IMG/VR virus record: IMGVR_UViG_3300036803_000075
Coordinates: 32,001 to 96,000 of that record
Reading direction: 5' to 3' (one strand)
Source: a virus
Lineage: Duplodnaviria > Caudoviricetes
DNA length: 64,000 nt
This document shows positions 55,958-64,000 of this stretch, piece by piece. The notes beneath the pieces are model-generated. The model searched no databases. It saw only the letters and a list, made by a program, of their open reading frames with translations, and was not told where the DNA came from. The position numbers and the translations under genes were made by a program. Within the stretch, counting starts at the first letter, position 1, and every line of letters starts with the position of its first letter.

Positions 55958-56191
55958 CTATCCGACGATCAGGGCGTGGCAGTCCATGCAGACTATACGA
56001 GCGGGAGCCTCGAATGGACCCTGCGTGGCGAGCTTGTTCTTGTGCTTGCAGATCTGCTGCAGTGCATGCTGGGCCTCATCCTGAGCGGAACAGTTACAGG
56101 ACGAGCCATAGTCCATGCTGCAGGCACAGCCACTCTGCATGATCTTCGTCAGAGCGACGACCGCGATTTCCAGTCGCTCGTCCTTGGTCAT
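55958..56191 (-). CDS. Small Cys-rich hypothetical protein
   Basis: Coupled ORF (MTKDERLE...). Confidence 0.5.
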   Translation of the reverse strand: MTKDERLEIAVVALTKIMQSGCACSMDYGSSCNCSAQDEAQHALQQICKHKNKLATQGPFEAPARIVCMDCHALIVG

Positions 56192-56427
56192 CAGTTCACG
56201 CCCCACTCATCCGGCGAGGGAGGAGCCCAGTCGATGAGCTTTCTTTCGACAACTCCCGAGGGGACTCGGACACCATAGATGTGCGGTCCGAAGATCGTGT
56301 ACGGCACGTTGTCATCCAGCTCAGCCCGGATCCGGATTGCGTCTCGGGGATCCACCTCATCGATCAGATGGGTCACCATCTCGTCGAGCTTGCGTCTCGC
56401 CCAGGCCAGGATCTCGTCCGGGGTCAT
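56191..56427 (-). CDS. Hypothetical protein
   Basis: Coupled ORF. Confidence 0.55.
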   Translation of the reverse strand: MTPDEILAWARRKLDEMVTHLIDEVDPRDAIRIRAELDDNVPYTIFGPHIYGVRVPSGVVERKLIDWAPPSPDEWGVN

Positions 56428-56996
56428 GCCTCGTTGTCCTCCTTGGACTCCAGCGCCTCACAGAAGGCTTCCTTGGAGGGAAGCTCATCCAACGGCCAGC
56501 TGGCGAGCAGCTTAATCGGGTAGTAACCCCTATCCGGTTCGGTGGTCGGCGAAGCGAACCGTCCTGCCGTGTGAGGCTGCTCCTGGAAACCTTTGTAAGC
56601 CTCAAGCACGTTGGCATCCAAGTCGACAACGTAGCCCCACTCGCAGAACAGCGAGTCGTACGGGAAGTCGCTGCCGTCCTCGACATAGCCGGCCTCCAGG
56701 GTCTTGGCCGGATCGCCCTGAGTCTGGTGGAGTAAGACGTACCAGTCCTTCAGGGAGCGAGTGCTGACGTTCGTGTTGGCGTACTGCTTCAGCTTCTCGA
56801 TCTGCTCCGGGGTGGGCTCGGCCTCCGAGTCGACAAGCGTCAGATCACGAGCCTGCTGTTTGATCTTGTCCAACTCAGCTGTCCGGAGGAACTCCAGAAT
56901 GTCGACTCCCAGCCCGGTTGGGTACGAGTCGAAGTGGTTGTAAGCGATCTTCAGCTCGCCATCGATGGCGAACCCCATCGCGCCGCGTGTGCCCAT
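56424..56996 (-). CDS. Hypothetical phage protein (MGTRG...Y.H.DSYP.G.G type)
   Basis: GTRG, HFDSYPTGLG, DSLFCEWGYVVDLD motifs. Confidence 0.7.
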   Translation of the reverse strand: MGTRGAMGFAIDGELKIAYNHFDSYPTGLGVDILEFLRTAELDKIKQQARDLTLVDSEAEPTPEQIEKLKQYANTNVSTRSLKDWYVLLHQTQGDPAKTLEAGYVEDGSDFPYDSLFCEWGYVVDLDANVLEAYKGFQEQPHTAGRFASPTTEPDRGYYPIKLLASWPLDELPSKEAFCEALESKEDNEA

Positions 56997-57055
56997 GTTC
57001 TTACCCCTTCTCAGAGAAGAAGGGCCGGGGAGCTGATCTCCCCGGCCCGGTGTGA

Positions 57056-57379
57056 CTACCAGCGGAAGCTGCCGCCGTCCATGCCGACTACGTCAAAGCC
57101 CGCGCGGAGGAAGTTCCCCGCCTCGTACCGGTCTTCGGCGTAACGCCATCCCTCGCGCTCCTGGGCCTCCAGCGTGACGTGCTCGTGGCCGGCTTCGCAC
57201 TCCCAGCCGCGCGGGGTCTCATAACCGCCAGCGCCACATTCCAGGATGACCTTGCCGCCGTCTTCGTCGTAGCCCCGATCCTCCAGCCAGCTGCACGGGA
57301 ACACGAGACCCTGCGAGCAAAGCAAAACGGTGGCGACGGCGTAGTGGGTCTGGTGGCAGTGTGCGCACTTGATGGTCAT
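57056..57379 (-). CDS. Hypothetical zinc-binding protein (MTIKCAHC...)
   Basis: AGGAGG SD and CCAGAGAT motif. Confidence 0.65.
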   Translation of the reverse strand: MTIKCAHCHQTHYAVATVLLCSQGLVFPCSWLEDRGYDEDGGKVILECGAGGYETPRGWECEAGHEHVTLEAQEREGWRYAEDRYEAGNFLRAGFDVVGMDGGSFRW

Positions 57380-57451
57380 GATGTCCTCCTGAAGGGCTGA
57401 TCTCTGGCTGTCTCCAGTTTGACATATAAAAATCTCTGGCACAAGACCCAG

Positions 57452-58213
57452 TTAGCTGTCGAAACAGAAAATGACCCGGACCTGGTCGGTGCTGGGCTCG
57501 ATCGTCTTCTCGATCTTCTTGCGCATCGCGCCCGAGCCCTCCCACCGAGCGACCTTCTTGAGCTGGGGAAGCGAGAGCAGGTCCCGCAGGGCCGGCAGAG
57601 TCTCGGTGTAGAAGCTGCCCACCCGCTCGCGGATCGGCTGACTCCACTCGATCTCGATGCCCGAGACAGCCTCCTGCTCGGCCGGCGTCATAGCTTCGTA
57701 CTGGGCCTCCGTCACGTCGAGGTTGTTGCCGCCAGTGCGCCAGCTCCAGCCCATCTCTGGAAGCTCGCCGGTCTCCTTGTAGGTGAGGTAGTCGGCCTTC
57801 TCCACGTACATGCAGGAGGTCTTCTGCATCTCCCAGTTAGCCGCCAGCAGCTCGGTGAGCGTCAGGTACGAATGGCTGTGGTAGTTGCCGTCGTCCTTGC
57901 CGTTGCCGTGCCGGTCGCGGAAGGCCGACCAGCAGTTGTCCGGCCAGCCCCGGCAGTCCGACAGCGGCATGATCGGCTCGCCGGTCTTGTGGCCGGCAAA
58001 GCCCAAACCGTTGCGTACGTTCCCCAGGAAGCCGAACAGGTCGTAGTTACGGCCGGTGTAGGGCTCTTCGGTGAACTGCTCCCACGGGAAGTCGCGCTCG
58101 GCGTCGTAATAGCCGTACTTGAAGATCGGACCGACGGGATACCAGTAGTCATTGCGGCTGTCCAGCGAGTTGGCCTTCAGTACCTCGACGGACATGTGGA
58201 TGTCTGCACCCAT
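57452..58213 (-). CDS. Hypothetical phage protein (MG.DIH...RNY.LF..L..VR...HSHS...RVIF.FD type)
   Basis: AGGAG SD at MGADIH; recognisable motif set. Confidence 0.75.
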   Translation of the reverse strand: MGADIHMSVEVLKANSLDSRNDYWYPVGPIFKYGYYDAERDFPWEQFTEEPYTGRNYDLFGFLGNVRNGLGFAGHKTGEPIMPLSDCRGWPDNCWSAFRDRHGNGKDDGNYHSHSYLTLTELLAANWEMQKTSCMYVEKADYLTYKETGELPEMGWSWRTGGNNLDVTEAQYEAMTPAEQEAVSGIEIEWSQPIRERVGSFYTETLPALRDLLSLPQLKKVARWEGSGAMRKKIEKTIEPSTDQVRVIFCFDS

Positions 58214-58403
58214 GAGGGCGTCTCCTTCTGGCAGGGGGGTTGGGTAGTTCGCACTGTAACATCGAACCGGCACCTAGGAAACCAGGTGTTCTGACTCACT
58301 TCAATCGACTAGGTACTTGACGAGTACTCGTAGAGATATGTAGCTTAAGCGGGCCTTCAGCAGTTCTGCTGAGAGTACTCAACACCAAGTAAGGAGATAG
58401 CCC

Positions 58404-58829
58404 GTGGCATATGTGTCTGTTCCCATCCCCGAGGAGCGAGTGGCGGAGGTCTACGCCCTACTCTCTGGGAAGCTCGAAACGATCCCCACCGGTCAGGCGT
58501 ACGAGGAAGAGCCCCTCCCCATCGAGCCCAAGCTCGCCCGCGCTCCCTGGGGAATGGGTCCTGGTCTGGTCAAGAAGGCCTTTCTGGGCGGCGCCTCCGA
58601 GTACTGGAAGCCTTTTCTGACCTACCTGCACGACTACCCCGACGAATGGATCAACCAGGACGACGTTATCGTCCTTTTGGAAATGGAGCCCACCAGCTTC
58701 CCCGGTTTCCTCGGCGCGGCGGAGCGTCGGTGCAAGAAGCGCCCTCCGTACGTCAAGAAGCGCATCAACGATCGGGTCCACTTCATGATGCCTCGTTCAG
58801 TCGCCGAGGTTATCGAGGGTTTGCTCTAG
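58404..58829 (+). CDS. Hypothetical protein, possible DNA-binding
   Basis: AGGAG SD; TTGACG promoter upstream. Confidence 0.65.
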   Translation: MAYVSVPIPEERVAEVYALLSGKLETIPTGQAYEEEPLPIEPKLARAPWGMGPGLVKKAFLGGASEYWKPFLTYLHDYPDEWINQDDVIVLLEMEPTSFPGFLGAAERRCKKRPPYVKKRINDRVHFMMPRSVAEVIEGLL

Positions 58830-58891
58830 GCGGATTTAAAGATCTCTGGTAGGTTGACTCCCGCCAGAGATCTTTGTCTAAGGAGGACACC

Positions 58892-59131
58892 ATGCCTTTC
58901 GCCCGTACGATCCAGCCCGTCGCCATCGACCCACCGCACTGCGGCTGCACCGAGTGCCTGACCGGCGAGTACGTACCGCTGGAGCTGGCGACCCACGAGC
59001 AGGTGGTCCTGATGCTGATGGGCAAGATCCGCGACAACACCAGCGTCGATTTCCGCATCTGCGTCAGGTCCGAGGACTTCGCGAAGACCTGGGACGTAAC
59101 CGACGAGGCGCAGCTCGCGCCGCTCGACTGA
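58892..59131 (+). CDS. Hypothetical protein (CGCTEC motif)
   Basis: AGGAGG SD; CCAGAGAT motif. Confidence 0.65.
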   Translation: MPFARTIQPVAIDPPHCGCTECLTGEYVPLELATHEQVVLMLMGKIRDNTSVDFRICVRSEDFAKTWDVTDEAQLAPLD

Positions 59132-59259
59132 CCGTCACCGACCACTACGCCAACGGTACCCAGGATGCTCGCGTCGGTGACCAAGAGGACCCCGTCTCGG
59201 GGGCGGGGTCCTCGCTTTACGCTCTACTAAGGCCAGAGATCAAAACAGGAGGGAACATC

Positions 59260-59697
59260 ATGGTGCGGATCCACGCCGCAGTCGTCGCCGCCATCGGAGC
59301 GGGGCTACTCGCCTTAGGCCTCGTCGGTGGCATCCTGATCGGCTGGAGTGCGGCGCCGCACCTGAGCCCGACTCCCAAGGCCTCGGTCAAGATCACTACG
59401 GTGGAGCTGATTTACAGCTACCGGGATCTGTCAAGTGATGCCAGTCAGGGCTGCCCGACCAAGCGGATCTCAACGATCTTGGACCCCAGTGGTCAGCTCA
59501 TGGCCTTCAGGGACGTAGAGGCCACCTCTCTGTCCGGCTACTGCACCTACGAGCTGGTCGAGCCCCTCTTTCCCGTCGGCTACGACTTCCACATCGACGT
59601 GGCCAACACCGACAACGTGGGGCATGTCGAGGTGTCGTACTACCAGCGGTGGGCCAACCTCCACGGCAACTACCACATCACCTTCAACAATAAGTAG
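59260..59697 (+). CDS. Membrane-anchored/secreted protein
   Basis: AGGAGG SD; N-terminal TM helix. Confidence 0.65.
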   Translation: MVRIHAAVVAAIGAGLLALGLVGGILIGWSAAPHLSPTPKASVKITTVELIYSYRDLSSDASQGCPTKRISTILDPSGQLMAFRDVEATSLSGYCTYELVEPLFPVGYDFHIDVANTDNVGHVEVSYYQRWANLHGNYHITFNNK

Positions 59698-59702
59698 GGG
59701 TC

Positions 59703-60059
59703 ATGGCCAACGAGCACTTCCCGCTGCGGTCGAAGATCATCCTGACAGTCGGGGGACTGCTGTTCCTGGGGCTCATCAGCATCACTGCGTGGGCTGGCTA
59801 CCAGTACCAGGGACAGACCCGGTCCAATACCGACTTCGTCAACCAGGTCCACGCCCAGCATCTCGGCAACGGGATTTCCGATCCCGAGCTGATCCAGGCC
59901 GGCATGTGGGTCTGTGTTGAGGCGGACCAGCCGACCACCACGGCGGCATTGGTCGCCGGCCTGGGAAAGCGGTCCAACTTCCCAGCCGCCACGGCGAAGG
60001 CGGTGATCAAGCCAGCTCTGCAGAACTACTGTCCCGTCAATGAATCACACGTGAAATGA
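59703..60059 (+). CDS. DUF732-like membrane-anchored protein
   Basis: TM helix followed by F...V...I.AG..VC...A...YCP. Confidence 0.6.
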   Translation: MANEHFPLRSKIILTVGGLLFLGLISITAWAGYQYQGQTRSNTDFVNQVHAQHLGNGISDPELIQAGMWVCVEADQPTTTAALVAGLGKRSNFPAATAKAVIKPALQNYCPVNESHVK

Positions 60060-60079
60060 TCACAACGAAAGGTAGCTAC

Positions 60080-61156
60080 ATGAAGCGGAAGCTTCTCAGC
60101 CTGCTGGGCGCGGTCGCACTCACCGCAGGACTGATCACGATTGGAGCGACGCCGGCTCAGGCGCTGCCCACGTGGCAGGTAAACCAGGCCATCATCAGTT
60201 CACCGGACGATGGCAGCACCCCGTGGGCGAGGGACTCCTTCACCCGCAAGACGACCATCAAGCAGACCGGCACCGGCACCTACCGGTTGGACGTGACCGA
60301 CACCGGCACCTTCAAGACCGGAACTGCTGGACCGCACCTCGGCGGTTCCAACGGCGGTGACATAGTCAACCCCGACGTGGTGGGCACCTTCAGCGGTAAT
60401 CTTCACTTCAACGTGACGGGCACCCTGCTGAACAGTGCCGCGTTGGCCGCGCTGCAGACCTCGTACGACTACACGGGGGTGGCGGACAAGAACAGCGTTC
60501 CGGCCGATCTTCCGACCACGGGAACTTGGTACAAACACTTCTTCTCAGCCACGACTACCGCTGACTTCTTTGGCTGGACGTGGACCTATCAGACTCCGTG
60601 CGAAAAGATGATCCAGTCTGAGGCTGATGGCGTCGATGGCAATGTCGTCGGATACAACTGCGTCACTCCGGGCATCCCGACGTATACCAACGCCACCTGC
60701 TCCAACCCGTACGCGATCTTGCACATCCCAGCTACCGTGGGTGTCACGTACAACTACGCAGACGGTCGCGGTGTGGTCGCCGGCTCGGACGTGGTCATCA
60801 ATGCCACGGCCGCCACTGGCTACAAGATCACTACTGGGGCCACCGCGAGCTGGGAGTATGCCACCCAGCAGGCCCCGCAGCCGTCTGACTGCCACCCGCC
60901 GGTCAACCGCTACCCGGGCAACCCCCGGCCGACCGGTACCAAGGCATACTACGTTTCCACCGCCGGCCAGACCTGGCAGACAGTCCTGAACAACCTGCAC
61001 TACAGCGGCACCAACATCGCCGCCTTGCAGCAGTGGAACAAGACCCACTCCGCCTCATACGCCGGCAAGACCTCCAGTCCGGTGTACTCCAGCTGGTGGA
61101 ACCTCAACAAAGCCTCGGTCATCGCGGTCCCAACCAGCTCTCCGGGCGTTCTGTAG
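60080..61156 (+). CDS. Secreted multi-domain protein (signal peptide, AQA cleavage site)
   Basis: MKRKLLSLLGAVAL...AQA; beta-rich domains. Confidence 0.7.
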   Translation: MKRKLLSLLGAVALTAGLITIGATPAQALPTWQVNQAIISSPDDGSTPWARDSFTRKTTIKQTGTGTYRLDVTDTGTFKTGTAGPHLGGSNGGDIVNPDVVGTFSGNLHFNVTGTLLNSAALAALQTSYDYTGVADKNSVPADLPTTGTWYKHFFSATTTADFFGWTWTYQTPCEKMIQSEADGVDGNVVGYNCVTPGIPTYTNATCSNPYAILHIPATVGVTYNYADGRGVVAGSDVVINATAATGYKITTGATASWEYATQQAPQPSDCHPPVNRYPGNPRPTGTKAYYVSTAGQTWQTVLNNLHYSGTNIAALQQWNKTHSASYAGKTSSPVYSSWWNLNKASVIAVPTSSPGVL

Positions 61157-61177
61157 CTCGGAACACGAAACTCGCAC

Positions 61178-61237
61178 GGCGTGGTTGGGCCAGGTGTGGC
61201 GCGGCTGGGTGCGGCGGGGCACGGCACGGCTAGGTAA
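61178..61237 (+). repeat. Orphan GGY-NN tract (12 units)
   Basis: GGCGT GGTTG GGCCA GGTGT GGCGC GGCTG GGTGC GGCGG GGCAC GGCAC GGCTA GGTAA; intergenic. Confidence 0.88.
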
Positions 61238-61243
61238 AACACG

Positions 61244-61278
61244 CAACAGCCCCGGAGAGCGAATCTCCGGGGCTGTTG
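61244..61278. terminator. Terminator hairpin after the orphan tract
   Basis: CAACAGCCCCGGAGA-GCGAA-TCTCCGGGGCTGTTG. Confidence 0.7.
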
Positions 61279-61473
61279 GCTATCTGGAGCTACTTGCCGT
61301 CTCGCTTGGTGTTCTGGACGCCTGTGTTCGGCCTGGGCCTGCCTCCGGTGCCCTGACGCTGCGGCAGTACCGGCGGATCGTGCTTGGGCTGATAGTTAGC
61401 CGGCCGCTTGGGATTGACCTGACCTGACGAGTCAGAGTGCTTGGCCACGGGGAAGAATCCTCCTAGGAAACGG

Positions 61474-61698
61474 TCAACGGGGATGAATCTCTACCGTAGC
61501 AGGACTTACCGAAGTGATCTTGCGGGCTACCTGGATACCCAGCCAGCCGGCGCCCGCTACGGACACAGTGATGGCACCGAGTACTCCCAGCCCCAACAAG
61601 GCCGCCGTACGCGGGCAGGACTGCTTGGGCGGCTGCTGGGACCTCTCACGGGTTTTCTTGACGTACTCGCCCCAGGACTCCCCCTTACGGCGGGCCAT
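61474..61698 (-). CDS. Small membrane protein
   Basis: TM helix; coupled ORF. Confidence 0.55.
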   Translation of the reverse strand: MARRKGESWGEYVKKTRERSQQPPKQSCPRTAALLGLGVLGAITVSVAGAGWLGIQVARKITSVSPATVEIHPR

Positions 61699-61871
61699 TA
61701 CAGGGCGATCTTCCGGTCGCCCAGCTTCGGCCCGGGCAGCTTGCCGGACTCGTCCAGGTAGATCACCAGCTTCTGAGCGGCAGTGGTGACCACCACGCCG
61801 ACGACCGCCAGGATGGCAGTGTCGACCATCTTGCGCGGGAGGGTCTTCTCGGGCTTGGTCTTGATCTTCAT
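61698..61871 (-). CDS. Small membrane protein (MKIKTKPEK...)
   Basis: AGGAG SD; TM helix. Confidence 0.55.
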   Translation of the reverse strand: MKIKTKPEKTLPRKMVDTAILAVVGVVVTTAAQKLVIYLDESGKLPGPKLGDRKIAL

Positions 61872-62035
61872 CAGATCTCCTTGACGACGTGACGAACTTG
61901 AGCGTTCCGAATGGTGCGGTCGGTCAACCAGACCGCACCGACTGATGCGGCACTGATCATCGCGAGAGCGCCAAGCCCCACGAGGGCAACCATCCGGCAG
62001 CATCCCCAAACCCATCTATCGGGCCTGTCACTCAT
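61871..62035 (-). CDS. Small membrane protein (MSDRPDRWVWGCC...)
   Basis: Hand translation; AGGAGG SD; CCAGAGAT motif. Confidence 0.55.
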   Translation of the reverse strand: MSDRPDRWVWGCCRMVALVGLGALAMISAASVGAVWLTDRTIRNAQVRHVVKEI

Positions 62036-62070
62036 GATCCTCCTATAAAAATCTCTGGACCAGATCTACC

Positions 62071-62703
62071 TTACGGCCCGGAGTCAGAGGCGGGGACTCC
62101 GGGTGACTCGGGTCCGGAAGGAGCGGCGCTGACAGGCGGTACCTCGGAAGGCGAAGGGGTCAAGGTCAGAGAGGGAGATGGAGTCAGGATCAGGGACGGC
62201 GAAGGAATTGAGGTCGGTGACAGCGATGGCGTCGGTCGGTAGGAGCGCCTGATCGAGGGAGAGGGCGTAGAGGTCGGGCGGGAGGGGGCTGGCGCTCCGC
62301 CGCCGACGCTGGTGCCGCCGTCAGGCCTGCCATGCAGCAGGGACGACAGCGAGCCGCCACCGGTCACCTCAACGCCGAAGACGACTCCCATGCCCAGAGC
62401 GAACACCAGGGCACTGACCGCCGCGACGGCCGGCCAGCGTACGCGCCGGAGCAACGTCGACAGCGGCACAGCCTGTCGCAGTCTCTCGTTGGTGGACCGC
62501 AGCGACACCTCGTAGATCGCGGTCCCGACGGTGATGATGATCGATCCGAGGCCTGCTCCGACCAGCGTTCCGGCGATACCGAAGAAAGATGCCGCGACAG
62601 CCGCTGTCACCGCCGCCAGGGCGCCGCCGATCAGCTTGTGGTAGTTCAGACCGAGCTGGTCCTTGATGGAGGGCTTGGGCTTAGTTGGCAGTGGGGAAGA
62701 CAT
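62071..62703 (-). CDS. Membrane protein with Pro/Ser-rich tail
   Basis: GGALAAVTAAVAASFFG.AGT..GA multi-TM region; start at MSSPL. Confidence 0.7.
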   Translation of the reverse strand: MSSPLPTKPKPSIKDQLGLNYHKLIGGALAAVTAAVAASFFGIAGTLVGAGLGSIIITVGTAIYEVSLRSTNERLRQAVPLSTLLRRVRWPAVAAVSALVFALGMGVVFGVEVTGGGSLSSLLHGRPDGGTSVGGGAPAPSRPTSTPSPSIRRSYRPTPSLSPTSIPSPSLILTPSPSLTLTPSPSEVPPVSAAPSGPESPGVPASDSGP

Positions 62704-62793
62704 GATCCTTACGAGGGGGTCGAGATCGGCAGGGGGTCCCCGGAGCATAACGCGGCCAGAGCAGCGTGATCCGTACTGGCCTAATGTCCGGCT

Positions 62794-62838
62794 TGACATT
62801 TTAAAATCCCTGGGCGTACTCTGAGCGGTGCCAGAGAT
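62794..62838 (+). promoter_or_regulatory. Early sigma70-type promoter with downstream CCAGAGAT (representative copy)
   Basis: TTGACA-18 nt-TACTCT, 8 nt, CCAGAGAT, then AGGAGG. Confidence 0.7.
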
Positions 62839-62859
62839 CCGTTCGTTCAGGAGGTCCAC

Positions 62860-63252
62860 ATGCCCACTGTCGCGCTCTTCCGCAACAAGTCCGATGGCTG
62901 GTCCACGCTCTCCAACCTGGTCCGGGAGCGTCGTCCGTTCACCAACTCCACCCGTCACTTCCGGGGAGTCACCTCGGTCGAGCTTGGCTGGGATATCTCC
63001 GGCCGGCTGTCCGAGCCAGACCGGAGTGCCTTCGAGACCGCAGCGGCCATGCGGACACTCGACTACGCGATTTACTCGTACGGCACCCCCATCGCCTGGC
63101 ACACGCCGACCGGCTGGACAGTCCCGGACACCAAGTACTCCGCTACCACCACCGGCCACCAGGCCCTCGTACAGGCCGCGATCGAGCTGGACCGGCCGGC
63201 CGCTGGCTACCTTGGCGAGGGTGAGATCTGTCAGGCCATGGGCTTGGCGTAA
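62860..63252 (+). CDS. Hypothetical phage protein (Y.IYSY.TPIAW...KYS.TT..HQ type)
   Basis: SD and promoter present; recognisable motif. Confidence 0.7.
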   Translation: MPTVALFRNKSDGWSTLSNLVRERRPFTNSTRHFRGVTSVELGWDISGRLSEPDRSAFETAAAMRTLDYAIYSYGTPIAWHTPTGWTVPDTKYSATTTGHQALVQAAIELDRPAAGYLGEGEICQAMGLA

Positions 63253-63263
63253 AGGAGGACATC

Positions 63264-63428
63264 ATGGCCAGAGCCAACTTCGAGCTGATCAAAGAGGTCA
63301 TCGCGGCGATCGCAGGGTGCGCCTGCCGGGTCCGCTATGACTACGACGGAGAGCGCATCTGGACTCACTGTGACGAGCACTGCCCCCGAGTGATCTCAGG
63401 CGACTGGGACCACTGCAACGGCTGCTGA
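63264..63428 (+). CDS. Small Cys-rich protein (54 aa)
   Basis: AGGAGG SD; hand translation MARANFELIKEV... Confidence 0.55.
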   Translation: MARANFELIKEVIAAIAGCACRVRYDYDGERIWTHCDEHCPRVISGDWDHCNGC

Positions 63429-63447
63429 CACCGAAAGGACCCCGATT

Positions 63448-63711
63448 ATGTCCAGCACCTTCATCCGCGTCGACGACTGTTCAGACGACGAGCGCGTCCA
63501 CCTCGTCAACCTCGACCACGTGATCGATGCCCTCCTCGAATGGCACCTCGCATCCGCCCGGCTGCAAAAGGGATGGGCCATTCGGATCACCTGCAGTGAC
63601 CAGAGCAGCATCCTGATCGAGCACCCTCGATTCAGTGGCTTCAGTACGTCCCGAGAGGCACTCTTCGGCCTGAAGGATCTACTTGACGGAGCTGTCACCT
63701 TTAACGGCTGA
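63448..63711 (+). CDS. Hypothetical protein
   Basis: AAGGA SD; VNLDHV motif resembles the next ORF. Confidence 0.55.
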   Translation: MSSTFIRVDDCSDDERVHLVNLDHVIDALLEWHLASARLQKGWAIRITCSDQSSILIEHPRFSGFSTSREALFGLKDLLDGAVTFNG

Positions 63712-63758
63712 CATGTTAAAATCTCAGGTATCCCTAGCCTCCAAAGGAAACCACCCCC

Positions 63759-63989
63759 ATGCACTTCGTGCCCATCTCCAGAGACGAGCGGGACTACCAT
63801 CAGGACACCGCCGAGGACACCTCGGTCTGGTTGAATCTCGCTCACGTCGTCACCGCAGAGGTCATCAAGAGCGGAGACGAGTTTCGGCTGCAGGCCCGGC
63901 TCGCCGAGGGCGGTCTCGTCTTCTTCGGTCAGCGTTACCTGTCGAACACCACCGCGCACATCGCACTGACGAACTACCTGCGCGGCTAA
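63759..63989 (+). CDS. Hypothetical protein
   Basis: AAGGA SD; LNLAHV motif. Confidence 0.55.
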   Translation: MHFVPISRDERDYHQDTAEDTSVWLNLAHVVTAEVIKSGDEFRLQARLAEGGLVFFGQRYLSNTTAHIALTNYLRG

Positions 63990-64000
63990 GATCTGTCTGG

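Noticed and set aside
22314-56278. Long plus-strand ORFs opposite the structural genes (e.g. 22314-23474, 29506-31131, 44690-45973)
   Set aside because: Typical high-GC antisense shadow frames with no motifs
61178-61237. Orphan NN string read with 1-nt gaps (GT.TG.CA...TA.AA) as a sigma70 promoter target
   Set aside because: The implied -35/-10 spacing is 22 nt; I found no self-target by eye, but only spot-checked and did not search exhaustively
62704-63159. N-terminal extension of ORF 62071-63159 (similarly 48969-49856, 58954-59697, 17278-17970, 45980-46981)
   Set aside because: The extensions overlap better-supported genes or promoters; SD-supported or coupled downstream starts were chosen

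Overview
A 64-kb segment of a large, high-GC actinobacterial myophage. It has a contractile-tail morphogenesis module on the minus strand (~20.4-55.8 kb), a lysis cassette at 0.35-1.8 kb, DinG and SNF2 helicases, five tRNAs and many small early genes. Two RNA-centred systems stand out. (1) At 16.1-19.45 kb, a Cas7/RAMP-like gene (16809-17414) and a wHTH/coiled-coil partner sit between two non-coding arrays. The arrays hold 14 tracts of strictly phased 5-nt units (GGY-NN, ~214 units by hand count), punctuated by 13 tRNA-like minihelices and led by a genuine tRNA-Ile. A 15th, orphan tract lies at 61178-61237. The architecture suggests a programmable RNA-guided system whose information is in the variable NN dinucleotides, with guides cut out by host tRNA-processing RNases (inference; it resembles what I recall as 'VIPR'-type systems). 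(2) At 4.6-7.4 kb, a Ro60/TROVE gene is preceded by a tandem array of six Y-RNA-like elements (several are circularly permuted tRNA mimics), plus a minimal Ro-binding hairpin over its own RBS. Other observations: a GGQ release-factor-like gene with an in-frame TGA at codon 4, an atypical tRNA-Trp, a CCAGAGAT motif at early transcript starts, a bipartite late promoter (CTGTYC-N19-GAAGRGKTAGAG), and a -1 frameshift in the tail chaperone gene. All analysis was by eye; no database searches were run.
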